Positions 1 through 14,042 of a stretch of DNA of 64,000 bases are shown here, piece after piece (positions within the stretch are counted from its first letter, which is position 1; each line of letters begins with the position of its first letter). A model generated the notes under the pieces. The model was not told where the DNA came from. It saw only the letters and a program-made list of their open reading frames with translations, and ran no database searches. Source of the stretch: Hormiphora californensis (taxonomy: Eukaryota > Animalia > Ctenophora); assembly GCA_020137815.1 (NCBI GenBank), contig CM035356.1, positions 7,626,001 through 7,690,000 of the forward strand, written 5' to 3'. The position numbers and the translations under genes are program-made.

Positions 1-3
1 GAG

Positions 4-93
<90 letters not shown>

Positions 94-290
94 GAGGGAG
101 GAAACAGAGAGAATGATAGAGGGAAGCTGATCAGGTCACGTGTTAGACACAACCAATCGTTAACACTTTTCTGATTAATAGACTGAAGAGAGAGAAAGAG
201 AGGGAGAGAATGACAGATAAATAGTTAGACGGATAGAGAGAGAGATAGATCGAGAGATAGAGAAAGAAAGAATGAACACATGGGTAAAAG

Positions 291-384
<94 letters not shown>

Positions 385-483
385 CCGAAAGGAAGCACAA
401 GTGCATCTAACAGAGGTATCGAAGGGGAAGAAAGTAAAGACGTAGAAGAAGAACATCTGTAGGACCAAGAGTGAAGAGCGACT

Positions 484-545
<62 letters not shown>
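1..545. repeat. (GA)n microsatellite cluster
   Basis: Long GA dinucleotide runs at 1-95, ~294-381 and ~485-545. Confidence 0.95.
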
Positions 546-549
<4 letters not shown>

Positions 550-1632
550 TAAGTGAGAGATATATAATAGTGAGACGGGAGAAAGTGAGAGAGTGACCGA
601 GAGGGGGAGAAAGTGAGAGAGATATAGTGAGTCTCTAAGATACAACTCTCTAAGAGATATATGGCCGTCAAACGAAGATGCTATTGGAGCCAATAAACTA
701 TATATCTCTTACTTTAGTACTACAGCTGTAGAGCACCTGTTGGCACCAATTGAAATTGAGTATTACAGCTAGATTATAGAGACGACGAAGACGTACAATT
801 GCCAAAGACAACCCAGGTCATCGTGACGAAGATGACTGGAAAATAGGGAAGAATAACCGGAAGAATCAGCCATGATCAATGGTTCAAATAGAATACCAAA
901 CAAGATGTGTACCGCGGCGCACAGCTTCACAAAGCTAACACGCAGAAGACGTCTGGTTTCAAAACAGCACGGATGGTGGATGATGGTGTCCCTCGTGAGG
1001 AACCCTGAGCAGCGTATAATGAACTGGATGTTATCGCTCGAGAGAGGTGCGGGGATGAAACTGAAGCAGCAATATGAGATGAACAGGAGAGCATTCATCA
1101 TCAGGGGGGGGGGGGGAGGGCTTCGGGCTGTAAAACACAACCTAGATACAACACGACGAGATGCTAAATATATAAGCATAGCCGACCTAAAACCGAAAGT
1201 TATAAATACACCTCATTCAGATCTTTTTAAAACAACTCCTACACGAGCATTATATCTGTGCATATTAGAATGAAGCATGCTGCTCGTTGTGGTTGGTCAT
1301 GATATAGTGGTGGTAACAGGCTCGAGAGAGAGACGGTGTCTTACCAGCAGGTGCAATGCATACTAAGGTACTCAAAATTGTTACCACCACCAGTTGGGCA
1401 GTTGCTCTTTGAATGTCTCACAAGAATGTCTCTGTTCTGAACAAGTAAAGGATTCAACTGAAAGGGAGTCGACCGAATTCTGCAGCTGTCAAACGAAGGG
1501 TCATATGAAAGCTATAAATATATCTAAAAAGATTAACCGAGAGAAGCTATTGAAACCGTTTTATACGATTTCTAAATAACTCACCCAGAGATAACTCTAC
1601 AGCAACTCTACAGTTGATATCAGATCACTTAC

Positions 1633-1728
1633 CCTGTACTTGTTGCTACTAGGTTGAGATGATGATGAAGATCCTATATCAATGTTGAAAGATCTGATAG
1701 CACCTGATGAAACTGGATCTCTAGGCAT
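1633..1728 (-). CDS. Candidate alternative first coding exon, phase-0 tier (MPRDPVSSGAIRSFNIDIGSSSSSQPSSNKYR)
   Basis: ATG at 1728; 32 codons ending at consensus donor AGG|GTAAGT (phase 0); X-box 119 bp upstream. Confidence 0.55.
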
Positions 1729-1846
1729 GAATGTCACCGCTCGATGTGTAGAAGTGGAAGCAAATTTACTACTTGAAGAATTGAGCTCCCTGATCTTTAG
1801 AGCTATAAAAACTACCTCGACATTAATCATTTTAATGAAGGAGCAT

Positions 1847-1860
1847 GTTACTATGGCGAC
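1847..1860. promoter_or_regulatory. RFX X-box-like motif GTTACTATGGCGAC
   Basis: Matches GTHNYY-AT-RRNRAC; upstream of the 1728 ATG on the minus strand. Confidence 0.45.
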
Positions 1861-2070
1861 CAAGAAGCAGTGAAGCACGAAGGAGACAGGATCGAGAGGC
1901 AATTTTCAAATGAAATATGGCGTCAAAACCTACTACCGTGCAGATCACAGCTGCAGAGGTCTAATGACTATTCAAAGAGCAAGTACTACAAATTCAAATT
2001 AATTGTAAGACTTGACCAATATATAGATTTCGGTAATGTAGGGATATATTTTGGGTCCAGAATGAATCTA

Positions 2071-3090
2071 CAGTCGGACCCCGATTTAGTGGCATCCTCG
2101 GGGGAAAGAAATCCTGCCACTAAATCGGGGTGCCACTAAATCGGGGTGAGCCATATTTGGCCCATAAAAACCTATTTTATGCCCAAAATGCTATACTAAG
2201 ACTAAAGACACCTGTTATATGCAATATTCATGTATTGATGACATGATCATATCTAATTAGAAATAGAAAACTATCAAATAACTTTTTCAAAAAATTTGTG
2301 AAAAATTTTCTAAGTCATACCAGCCCGTCCAATTTGTGTTTCGAATCGGTGCAGCTTCCTGGATGTCCTGTCTAATTAGCAGGTTCGAAACGAACCGATA
2401 CGTGATACCATGCCGAATCGGTGCACCCTAAGCGGGTGAGGAAGTATCAAAATTTCAAAATAACATTTTCTCTCAAAATTTATGGGGAGCACCGATCAAA
2501 GCATTGACAATCGTACTGTAAAATTTTGCAAAAAAAAGTTTTAAAATTTTTTAAAGGTATACCAGCCACGTCCGAATCGTGTTTCGAATCGGTGCATCTT
2601 ATCGCATGTCTTGCTGCTAATTAGACGGTTCGGAACGAATCGAAACGTGATCCCCATCGAATCGAAATTTTGACGCTTGGTGAACTTATGATTCAATGGC
2701 CCCATGGGGATCACGTATCGGTTCGTTCCGAAATGTTAATTAGCAGCAGGACATGCGATAAGATTCACTGATTCGAAACACGATTTGGACGTGGCTGGTA
2801 TTCCTTTGAAAAATTTTCAAAAAATTTTCAAAAAAATTTTATTCTGAATAATGAGTTCAGAGCAAGAATTAAATAGGGAAGAAAATCGAAAAATACTGGG
2901 TTTGACCGGGAATTGAACCAGGGACCTCCAGAGAGACATGCTCGGAGCTATAAACCACTAAGCTACCAAACCCTACTTCCTTTTTCAAAAAAATTCACAA
3001 AAAAATTCAAAAAAATTTTTGGGGGAAAAAAATCCTGCCACTAAATCGGGGTGCCACTAAATCGGGGGCCACTAAATCGGGGTCCGACTG
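2071..3090. mobile_element. Non-autonomous Tc1/mariner-type TIR element (MITE), family A
   Basis: TIR CAGTCGGACCCCGATTTAGTGGC / GCCACTAAATCGGGGTCCGACTG; TA on the left, CA on the right (mutated TSD); subterminal CCACTAAATCGGGG repeats; internal inverted repeat ~2545-2820; no transposase ORF. Confidence 0.85.
2898..2973 (-). pseudogene. tRNA-like (tRNA-derived) cassette inside MITE A
   Basis: Minus strand GGGTTTGGTAGCTTAGTGG...GGTTCAATTCCCGGTCAAACCC: A box, B box, paired acceptor stem, downstream T-run; anticodon loop non-canonical. Confidence 0.65.
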
Positions 3091-3688
3091 CATCACCAAA
3101 ATTTGATACTTTCTAACAGCAAGATTTTAGAACAAACCCTCCGTTTTCCAAACCCCCTCACAATTACTTGTTGAGCACCCCCTAATACTCAACAATCACT
3201 TACTTGCCTAGCTAGACTGTGTGTAAAGGAGGGTTAGAACATAACAACCACTTACTGGGTTTGCGGGTCGAAGAGTTGTCAAGTTTTCCAGTTTAATATA
3301 CCCCACAACCCGTGCAATACTCGCTTTCCGCTGCAGCTTTGGTTGTACTTTCGCCATTTATCAAAATAGACGCAGTGCGAAATGAACGAGAACCGCAATT
3401 CAATCATTAAAAAGAAGATGAGCGGGATGAAGATGGAGAGAGATAGAGATAGAAAGATAGAGAGATAAGAGATAGATGGAGAGTGAAGGCTGGGAAAATG
3501 TTAAAGAGTAAGAAACTGCAGTATAATAGTGAGCAAGATAGATAGATACGGCTACCGACTACTTCGTTCATCATATTGGATATTGGAAGGAAAGTGCTTT
3601 GATGAAGAGATATGGGAGAAAGTGATATGTGTATTCACAAGAGATATAGGACAACTGCACAGCTGCAAAAAAGCTCACGTTTTCGACG

Positions 3689-3702
3689 GTTGCTATGGTT
3701 AC
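3689..3702. promoter_or_regulatory. RFX X-box motif (GTAACCATAGCAAC on minus strand)
   Basis: Exact match to GTHNYYATRRNAAC. Confidence 0.45.
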
Positions 3703-3732
3703 CACTTACTTACAGCTTTGATTATTTTACTC

Positions 3733-3804
3733 ACTCACAGGTCAAGCTCTTACCTTTCAAGAAATATTAATTTTTCTTGAAAGGTAAGAGCTTGACCTGT
3801 GAGT
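3733..3804. repeat. Perfect hairpin, 32-bp arms with 8-nt loop
   Basis: ACTCACAGGTCAAGCTCTTACCTTTCAAGAAA...TTTCTTGAAAGGTAAGAGCTTGACCTGTGAGT. Confidence 0.9.
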
Positions 3805-3849
3805 TAGCTTCAAACACTCAGTAAAATCAAACACACGATCATAACCACC

Positions 3850-3955
3850 CTCACCTGAGTTCTTTTCCTAGCTCCTACACCTTACCTGAGCTTGAGTTCT
3901 TTTCCTAGCTCCTACACCTAACCTGAGCTTGAGTTCTTCTCGCTATAGCTCCTAT
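3850..3955. repeat. Short tandem duplication (~35-42 bp unit, ~3 copies) containing minus-strand donor-like sites
   Basis: ACCTGAG(CTTGAG)TTCTTTTCCTAGCTCCTACACC repeated. Confidence 0.75.
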
Positions 3956-3969
3956 ACTACAGCCCGTAC

Positions 3970-4401
3970 CTGTTCACGTTCCAGTTCCAGTTGTATAAAA
4001 CTAATCATCCTCGCCAAACTGCTCTTCCTCCTCTTTCTCACCGCCACCATCTGCTCCAAACTCGGTTTAATCTGGACCATCTCCAGAACCTCGTCCCCAT
4101 CTTCATCGGTATCATCGTCACTAGGGCAACTAGAACTCCCCCGACCCGAACTGCTACTATCAACCATGAGCGTTACTGTGTTGTTAATCAGACTCGCGGA
4201 GAGGGTCCCGTCCTCAAAAAGAGAGGCTGCGGTTAGTCTCCGGGATGGTCTCCTTGATGAGGTTTGGTTTGATGAGGTTCTTCTACTGGTCTGATTTGAT
4301 GATGTTCGTCTACTGGCCGGGTTGGAAGAGTTCTTCCGGCTGGGTATGGCTATTGTGTGGCTGTTGTTGAAGGAGTTCCGCCGAATTACCGGACACGACA
4401 T
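3970..4401 (-). CDS. Candidate alternative first coding exon, phase-0 tier (MSCPVIRRNSF...RKRRKSSLARMISFIQLELEREQ)
   Basis: ATG 4401; 144 codons; Ser/Arg-rich with several PKA-like RRxS sites and an acidic patch; donor CAG|GTACGG in phase 0; the ORF stops shortly after the donor. Confidence 0.65.
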
Positions 4402-6034
4402 GATATGTACCACTCGATCACTATATTGGTGGTGTGAGGAGAGAGAGGGAGTTATTATAGGGTCGAAAACTAAGAATATTACTGTATGAGCGGTATGCAA
4501 GTTGTGCAATGTGCAGAGAGAATGGGCGGGTGTCGTATTGATACAAGCAGGCAGTTAATTGATTTGTGACAACATTAACAGCTGATTAAGGAGCTGATTA
4601 ATTGCAGTTATAGCATTATAAGTACTGAGAACAAGACAAAGTATAACCGAGAACAACCACCAGAATTCACAACTTTGATGAGTTACAACATGTGCTTTGA
4701 CACAATAAGCTCAAGTGTAGTACGTGTGTGTCACTACTTTAGTGGCAACGTTATTACGAGGGTGGTGTATTGAATTAAAGTGATAATAAGAGATCACTTT
4801 CGTCATGAGCTGTACATTATTAATCGCGAGATTAAAAAGTGTGTCATAATTAAATAAGCATTATTTATCATAATCCCTTTAGATGATTGTTATGTATAAT
4901 TAAGGTTATAGATCATGACGTTTATTCTTTACTTAAAGTAATAGTCTACTAAATGTAAATTTAAACACCTACAAATTTCTTTGACAGCCCAAAGAATTTA
5001 TTACAGAATATTTTACGACTCGTCGAATAATTAAACTACGAGACTGCATAGCGTTTTTGGAGACTCATAATATGAGACTCATATATTTACGGTGCATATT
5101 TTAACCATCACGGCATCACTGCAGTTTATTTAATGACCCTGTTTTGCAGATCTACCGGAAATGCGTAATTTAGAGTATCCTAAAGACCGCGAAATAAGAT
5201 GCACTATGCCGATAAATAATAGCTTAAAGTTAAAGGGAAGATTTTTTGGAATTTCGATATATAATGTGGCTTCACATGAATTGTAACGGACGTTTGACAG
5301 ACACGAAACTAAGAAATTACGTGGTACCTTTTTAATGTGTAAAATGGTTTTCAATAAAAAAGAGAGGGAAAAAGAGAGACACGCTTTCTGGTAATGAACC
5401 TATAAAAAGTGTCATGTCTACCAATTACCAACAATAGCTCTCGAAATTTGGCGAGACAAGTTTGAGATATTAATATAAAAGTTTGATGAATCTATAAAAA
5501 CTTTGACAGATAGTTTCAATTTTTATAGTTTCACAATTTCTATAGTTCTAACTTCTACATATAAGTTACCGAGAGTTAAGAGGTATATACAGACGACTTT
5601 AACCAAGTACTGCAGCCGATGAAGCATATTGATCTGTAGCAGACTCAAAGGAAAACGAAGATGAGCTTCAGGGAAGTGCTCTTTCAATTCCAGGTAAAAT
5701 GATACAGTGCGATCAGAGAATCTCTGATACTACAGTGCGATCAGTTGAATAGTGATCAGAATAACCGTGGAAGAAAGAGAAAAATAGACGGATGAAACGA
5801 AAGAGAGAGGGAAAACGAAAGAGAAAATTAGAAGGGAGTAGGAAGGGAGAGATGTTAGTAAATTATGGCGATCGGAAGAAAATTGAGTGGCAGTTCTTAA
5901 TTAGCCAATCTAGTGCAACACACAGCCATGTAGAATAACGGCTCTCAATCAGATTCCTTTACACACTTCAATCAAGAAGATCATCATATAGCTGTTGATA
6001 ATTGAACTGTGAGCCATGGACATCTAGACAATTA

Positions 6035-6996
6035 CCGCGTGGGCCAATAAAAAGGGAGGGTCTTAAATCTTAGATTTCTCCGGCACCTTAATTCCAATGG
6101 TTCTGAAATTTTGACACAATGTTCATGAGCTTATGCCAGATATGTGTACAGAGTTTCAAGTCCAAAAATGCAAAAATTCATTAATGACCCTAAATTCATG
6201 ATTTTAAGCCAATGTAGGTTTTCTCTATTCGTTTTTTTCCCCGTTTTTTAGGGACCTCTTTTGCACTCCACGCCGGATATGTGATACTGGGTACAACAAA
6301 GGAAATTCGAGACATATTGCAATCTTGCTAACATGATTTTGTAACAACCTGATTACGTTTTTTCTTGCTTACATGGAGGTCACATTACGCTTGTTGTTAC
6401 CAATCAGTATAGGCATTGGTAAGCTTCCATTAGCAAGGTTTCGATTTGCTAATGTCTCAACTAACGGTTTGTTAATGAACTATCGGTTAAATGTTAATTT
6501 ATGCAGTTATTAACGAAAATTTGAAAATTTAAAAAAATTTAATTTTTTTTAATTTAACAGTTTTTCATACCAGAATGAACTTAAATGATTAAAGCATAAC
6601 CCAGCTAGGTTTTGATTTCATCTCTACAGTGCAAATTTCTCATTTTCAGCGAAAATATGTTTTTTGAAAAAATGATCATTTTTAATTCATTAATTTCACC
6701 CACTAAACTTTATTCATTTTCAATGAAATTTCAGATTGCCATTGAAAAATGTTAATACTATTGAGTGGCTGCAATTTTGCGATCCAAATCGACTTGGAAC
6801 AAGGGAAAACCTCCAATTAACTATAAAAAAAAGGAATTTCGGTTCATTAATGAATTTCTGCATTTTTGGACTTGAAACTCTGTACACATATCTGGCATAA
6901 GCTCAACAACATTGTGTCAAAATTTCAGAACCATTGAAATTAAGCTGCCCGAGAAATCTAAGATTTAAGACCCTCCCTTTTTATTGGCCCACGCGG
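6035..6996. mobile_element. Non-autonomous Tc1/mariner-type MITE with ~150-bp TIRs
   Basis: TA|CCGCGTGGGCCAATAAAAAGGGAGGGTC... and ...GACCCTCCCTTTTTATTGGCCCACGCGG|TA; AT-rich non-coding interior. Confidence 0.9.
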
Positions 6997-7750
6997 TATA
7001 TAGTTTATACATGGTTAAAATATTCTGAATCAGTCCACTCTCACTTTAAAGATCTAGAAGTGAGATACCTTAATATGGCGCATCAAATTAAACGTGTGCA
7101 TCTGATATACGATGCTAGATAGTATCTTGGACTATACTTCCCACGATGTAGCTAATATAAATTGTCTGAATAATAAAAATAAAGCGTTATAAGAGCCCAG
7201 TTTAGGTCACCTAATTTGATACTGTGTATGTTGTATCTACAATTTGGCACTGAATTTACCACTTATACCGGGTGACAGACAATTCGTCCAACTATTGCAG
7301 GGCTTGTTCACGTAGCGGGCACGCGAACAGAGGGGCGTGACATGTCCAGTTGCAGGGTGGAACTAGGATGGCCGTCCTCATAAACTAGAAGTCTAATAAA
7401 CTGTCTATTTGCTAGGTCTGATAGTTATGTTTCATATATCAACATGGATATTATATGCAATATCAGGCTAAATACACCCATCTCTAGAGTGGAAATGTCC
7501 GTCAGAACTAAACGTGCATAAACTACACATGAGCACCAAATAAATACCAAATAGGTTTATAAGTTAGGAATGGTTTAGCACGGGGACGGTCCAAAAAAAA
7601 GAAAAAAAAAAGGTTAGGAACATGGTTTCGGACCAGAAGAAGTGCAGAACAAATCAGCAGTGCAATAAACAAGGCGTGTTTATTATGTGTAAATGTGTGT
7701 CGGCTTCAGAAAGACCAATGTTGCGAAACGCTATCTCACCCTGTAGCTTT

Positions 7751-7806
<56 letters not shown>

Positions 7807-9217
7807 ATCACTCTACGCGTCTCTATATATGTTTCTTTCCGACTTTGACTCTCACCAACTATTCAACACCTTATGCAGCCTTCTCCTCGCTATACCCCAT
7901 ACTCATTCACAATAAGTCCCTTGGGTTATCTCTCGCTTTCTCTATTTCTCGCTCTATCTATCTTTATCTCTCTCTCTCTCCAGTATTTTCCTCATCACCT
8001 CGCTCTCTCTCACTCTCGCTTATAGCACGTCCTCTAAGCTTGTCACATAAAGCATGGAGCTAAGACATCCAAGAACGAGACATAACTGTCCCTTTTTTAA
8101 GGAATGCTTGGCAGTTCTAGAGGAATGTTGCCGTTCTCTCTCTGACTCTCAGTACTACCGGGATAACAAGAGGTATGTATGGACGAATTCCAAGGAAAAC
8201 CAGAAGTTTTTATAGCTCACTGCTCCTGTCTAATAACAGAGACCAGAGTGTCATGGGTACACAAGAGAGCTGTTTATTAAAACAGATTACCAGGTGTTTC
8301 TCTCTGTATTCTCTCTTGAAGTGAAGGCTATAATAACCATGCACCATATTCAATCAAAGCTTATTTCAGATATGTTACGAAAGGAAATATATCGTAGTTT
8401 TAGGGCCTAATTGCCATGCCATTAAGAATTCATTTCCCTAACGAATTCCAACTGATTGACTCATGTGCCTCTAAATAATGATATAACTATCAGCGAGGAA
8501 GAAGGCACGGGAATCAACGAGGGGACTACAAGATGCATTTTGCGTAAGCATCAGACAGAGAGAGAGATTGTTACATTAACTAGGAGAGAGAGAGCCTAGC
8601 AGGAGAGATTGTTACTTAAAGCATCAGACAGAGAGAGATTGTTACTTTAACCAGGAGACAGCAGGAGAGATTGTTACTCATCAGACAGATCACGATTGAT
8701 TCTTTATCTTGCATTCTTGCAATCAAATAACTGCACCCAATTCAACGAATCGAGTTGTAATTAATACTTTATTTATATATGACATTTGTTAAACTTCATT
8801 TCCCCGGCGCAGACGTTTGTATTATAATAAGCCCCGGCTGCGAGGATGCTGTCATAACTAACCACACTAGAAGATTACAATTGGATTGGGGCAGTAGAAA
8901 ACGAAGTGACAGAGAGAAAGGAGCACGTGAATCGATTTGCTGAAAGAACACACACGCCACACCCACGTACAGGCTATTCGGTACCAATTAGCCACTAGAC
9001 CAATTCAAAAGTTATGCATATTGCATATAATCTCTCATAAAGCGATCTGTTTTTTAATTGAATGGCCTAATTTACTATTACGACAAGCTCTCACATCAAT
9101 CATCAAGTATAACACATAGCAGCCAACTCGAAGCAAACTGAAAAATGATCAGCGTGGCTATTATATTGGTGAAGAACACATGATAGTCACTGGCAATCAC
9201 GTTGGTCGGCAATGTGA

Positions 9218-9368
9218 GGAACACATCATGATTATGTTGGTGTTGGTCAAGCTGATGAGGCAGATAAGAGGGGCTGGAATTACACATTCCAGGAACACAT
9301 GATTATGTTGTTGTTGGTCAAGCTGATGGGGCAGATAAGAGGGGCTGGAATTACACATGCCAGGAACA
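9218..9368. repeat. ~73-bp tandem duplication
   Basis: GGAACACAT...GGTCAAGCTGATG.GGCAGATAAGAGGGGCTGGAATTACACAT occurs twice. Confidence 0.85.
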
Positions 9369-9660
9369 AATCATGTGTTATAGGAACAAATCATGTGTTA
9401 CACATACATGTGTTTTGTTAGATCAGTGAACCACAACATGAACTAGCCCATTATAATATGACCGCATAAAACGTGCTCATTCCCGCGGGAGGTGATATAT
9501 GGTAAAAACACATGAGGATTAGTAATCCCACGTGGTGACTTGATTCGCTTTTAAATTCACAAGTTTCAGCAACCACGTCGACAGACAAAGATATATGTGA
9601 CTTCATTGAAAGGGCTTGGTTACTATGACTTCACCTTGGTTACATAATGGATACATAATG

Positions 9661-9683
9661 GTTACTATGGTAACTATGGTTAC
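9661..9683. promoter_or_regulatory. Two overlapping X-box-like motifs (GTTACTATGGTAAC / GTAACTATGGTTAC)
   Basis: Matches to the RFX consensus directly inside the intron next to the 9684 donor. Confidence 0.4.
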
Positions 9684-10084
9684 CTGTTTGACTTTCCGAA
9701 GAGGGACAACGGGGCCACGTTTGTAGGGTACAAAGAAAACATTGGGAGCCAGATTCTGCGAGGATCGTTTCACCACTGCCCCATTATTAGGTGTGGTGGT
9801 GCCTACCAACAGGTTGTTTCCCAGATTATTGGTATTCATTGACGTAGTGGTATTCATTGTTGATGTAGTGGTATTCCTTGTAGTGGTATTCATTGTAGTG
9901 GTATTCATTGTAGTGTTACTATTCATTGAGGTAGTGGTGTTCTGAATAGCGGTCTGATGGTTACCCCGCAATGTTGTGTCGACTACTACTTCCTCCAGAG
10001 GGAAAGCTTCCCATGACTTGACCACATGTGGAGATGTCAAAGGAGAGGTCCTCACAACGATAATCTTGGAAACTTGATCAATTG
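9684..10084 (-). CDS. Candidate coding exon, phase-0 donor tier (Thr/Asn-rich MNTTT repeats ... PVVPLRKVKQ)
   Basis: Acceptor CTCTCTATATTTATAG| at 10085; open frame; first in-frame ATG 9926; donor CAG|GTAACC in phase 0. Confidence 0.55.
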
Positions 10085-10396
10085 CTATAAATATAGAGAG
10101 GTAGCTATAATTAATCTTTACAGTTCAAGGGAAGATTATAGTTGAAACATATAACTAATTACGCTCCAGTTACAAATTGGAAACTGACACCAGGTTGGAA
10201 AATGACGCCAGTTTTTAGCTGGGAGACTCGTACTCCTGAAGAACCATGCTGAACGCGTCATCAAATTTCCAAATTTGTAACTGGGGTCATATTCAATCAG
10301 TGGATCAAGATCAAACGAACAAAAGACAAGGACAGAAGTTCGTTTGTTTTAAACAGTGCTGGTGCAAAAACTATGGATAAGCTTGAAAAACTTTGA

Positions 10397-10397
10397 C

Positions 10398-10481
<84 letters not shown>
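10397..10481. repeat. (CT)n microsatellite
   Basis: Direct observation. Confidence 0.95.
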
Positions 10482-10486
<5 letters not shown>

Positions 10487-10976
10487 CTCACTTTCTCGGT
10501 AAGTGTGCACGTGTGTAGATTGCACTTGTGTCTGTATTTCTGTGCTGAGCAAGCAGCTGGGGGGAGTGTGCAGCACTTGTGGGGGAGGGATCTAAACTGA
10601 CCAATCACAATCAAGCAAACCTACCACGTGATTAGTTTAAACCAATCAGAAGAGCGGATTACAATGTCACGTGCGATAAACTCAAGGTGGTGGAATGAAA
10701 TGGAGATCCAAGGATATATGCTGCTAAAGGCCTGATGTGCCAGGGAATATGGAAAACACTGGAAATACTGTGCAATTTAACAGCATGTGCATCATGGTGG
10801 TGGGAGAAAGAGATATCTTATGAGCGTGGTGGTTGTGGGAGAGATATATTTTGCACCAGCTGCGATGTAAATGATGGGGGAAGAGAAAACAAAACATACT
10901 CGATAATGAAGCCAATGACTGTGTGTGACCTAGATGACACAAGATATAGTAGCACACAGCACTTGAGATGTACCTA

Positions 10977-11075
10977 AAAGTTGAAATGAGGTTACTACAA
11001 CAACTCGAAAAGTTGAAACTAGGTTACTACAACAACTCGAAAAGATGAAATTAGGTTATTATACAATAACTCGAA
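10977..11075. repeat. ~32-bp tandem repeat x3
   Basis: AAAAGTTGAAA..AGGTTACTACAACAACTCG repeated. Confidence 0.85.
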
Positions 11076-11517
11076 TAGCAGATGAGTAACAGATAAGGAG
11101 CTACAATATAACAGATCAGGAGCCGATTTCCCTCTACACCTGTTAGCAATTAGTTCCTACATCTATAAAGTCGTAAAGTAGTTAGAAGAAATACATGGAT
11201 GATATGATACATTCATGATGAAAGTTTGAAAATGTTACATTCAGAGGATGTGTTCATATAATATGTTCATTGTTCATGCGTGAGCTCGGCATTCAGCACA
11301 CGACCCCCCGGATAGCATGAAAAAGAATGAACTGGCCCATATCTCATTCTCCAGAGATCACATACTTCTTAGAAATGTGACCAATAATATTCCTAGAAAT
11401 AAGGACAATTAGGACAAGATTACTATTAGGACACCACTAGGACATGATTAGGACACCGTGCTTTGTGCGAGAAGGAGAAGAATCAGATCTGGATATATTA
11501 TGTGAATTGTGCATTAC

Positions 11518-11547
11518 CTTCACTTCTCCGTGTCCTAGCTGGACCAA
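11518..11547 (-). CDS. Candidate 30-nt phase 0-0 micro-exon (LVQLGHGEVK)
   Basis: Acceptor CATTCATTCGTTCAG| and donor AAG|GTAATG; phase compatible with the 16329 donor. Confidence 0.3.
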
Positions 11548-11811
11548 CTGAACGAATGAATGCAGCTTGTTTAGTTCCTTCACCATCCTTCAGATACTAT
11601 ATCCGCTTATGATTCCGCTTAGTATATATCTTTGTCTCAAATCCAGTGATATTAGATGATAGATTGCTGGATACAGGTAGGCACCAGTAGTAGTGGTTCT
11701 CTGTTCTTGGTAGACAGCACGTGGAGGGATGGTGGATCTCAAGTAACAAAATAGCAACTGTGCAGTATCGGAGAGGGGTTATCTCACCACCAGTACCACT
11801 ATCTCTTTTAG

Positions 11812-12052
<241 letters not shown>

Positions 12053-12759
12053 CCCCCCCCCCGGTGATTACACCACCAAGACTCTTGGCACAGCTGCACC
12101 AAACAATAAGCTCCAGAGGAGGCCGCAGGATAATAGGTGTGGCAGCAACCCACAAATTTACCGACAGGGAGAAGAGAGGTCAGAGGAGAGAGGGGAGATA
12201 GAGAACATGCAGTGAAGTAAACAAAGGAAACCTCTGTAAGTAGGATCATTTATGAGATCGAAATATTAGTTATCCATGTCAATAAATTCCATGATTATCA
12301 ATAAACCCGTGAATTCCACCATGCCCCATGATTTGGTTCCCTCATCTCTATTGTGTTTCATTAGATAACCAATTACCAATACGTCAACTAATAATTACAA
12401 CATTTCAATAAATTGTATCAGTGTGTGGTAGCAATTGTTCTACTTCTTCTAATGCAATGGCTTGCCAATTATTGATATATTATACTGTATTTACTTGTGC
12501 GGGGGGGTGGAATGCACCTAAATTTTCAAAGTTCATTGTTAGCATCTCTTTTTAAGTCGTCCAAATTGTTTTTAAAACATTGATCAATCGCGAGCATTAA
12601 CAATTGTGTTTGAAAAGTCTCAGCTATTATTGGATATGTTATTAAGTTGGAGAAGAGGGTGTAAATTCTGTTGAAGATGATATCAGCTGAAACAAGCTTA
12701 CCAGATTAGCACGTGACGTCAGAGAGATAGAAAGAGAGAGAGAGAGAGAGAGATGAAGA

Positions 12760-14002
12760 GAGAGGGTAAGGAGAGAGAAAAGGGAAAAAAGAGAAAATGG
12801 GAAAAGAAGAGAGAGAAAAGAGTGGGAAGGGAGAGGGTCTCTCTCGCTCCCGATCTCCTGTCTCGATATCTCTCTCTCCCTCGTTCCCCCTTTCCTTTTG
12901 GTCTTTTCTCGCTCTTTTTTTACTTTGCGGACTCCGCTCTTATACCCTTTTTCCCGTTCTTTTGGTGCTCAAATTTTTAATCCCCCCTTTTTTTTAGAGA
13001 ACAATTTATTGTTTTTCCACTTTAGTTTTTTTTCCGGGGCTCCTGCATCCCCAAATTTTTTTATCCCCCCTTTTTATTTCCTTTTTTTTTTAATTTTAAA
13101 ACTTTTTTTTAAAAAATTTTTATAAAATTTTTTTTCAAAATTTTTTTAAAATTATATGGTTTTTTATTTATTAAAAGTTTATTTTTTTTAAAAAAATGTA
13201 TTGTTGAAAATTTTTTTTTTCCCTTTTTTTAACAAAAAACAATTTTTTGGGGAAAAAAATTTTTTAAAAGTTTTTTTAAAAGTTTTTTTGGTTTTTTAAA
13301 AAAATTAAAAAAAAACCCGAAAAGGGGGGGCCCAAAAAGAATTTAAAAAAGGGGGGGGGGGGGAAAAAAAAAAAAAGGGGGGGGAAATGAGGAAAGGGGA
13401 AAAAAAACTTTTGGGGTTTTTTAATTGGGGTTTAAAGTAAAAATTTAAAGGGGGGGAAAAAAAAAAAAAAGGGGTTGGGGGGGGTTGGGGTTTTAACCCA
13501 AGGGGGTTTTTTAATCAATTTTTCCAATTTTTTTTCTTTTTCCCCCCACTTTTTTATTTTTAAACCCCTTTTTATTTTTTTCCCAATGGCGAAAATTTTT
13601 TTTCCCTCGCCCCCCCCTTTTTTTTTTTCCCCCCCCCTTTTTTTTTTTTTAAAATTTTTTGCAAATTTTTTATTAAAAAATCAAATTTTTCCCCAAAAAA
13701 TTAATTCAATCTGTTTTTAAAAAATTAACCTAAAGTTTCCTTTAAAACCCCCACAACCCCATAAATCCCATTATAAACTTTATTCATTTTATTTTTCTTT
13801 CTCCCTTTTTCCCCTTTTCTTCCGGAGGGGGGGAAAAATTTTAAGGAAATTTTTTTTGGAAAGGGTTTGGGTTTTTTTTTTTAAATTTAAAATTTTTTAA
13901 AAATTTTTTTAAAAAAATTTTAACTAATTTTTTTTTTTTATTTTTTATTTTTTTTTTTTATTTTTTATTTTTTTTTTTTTTTTTTTTTAAATTTTTTTTT
14001 TT

Positions 14003-14042
<40 letters not shown>

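Noticed and set aside
143-693. Long ORFs of SLSLSL/RERERE type here and at 7.6, 10.3, 11.7, 17.3, 24.5, 47.2, 49.8, 53.5 and 57.7 kb
   Set aside because: Translations of (GA)n/(CT)n microsatellites
380-1180. Constant exon of the minus-strand gene inside the window
   Set aside because: No convincing phase-0 acceptor with open frame and donor found; gene identity cannot be assigned
2898-2973. Functional tRNA gene
   Set aside because: Anticodon loop and stems have mismatches; called tRNA-like only
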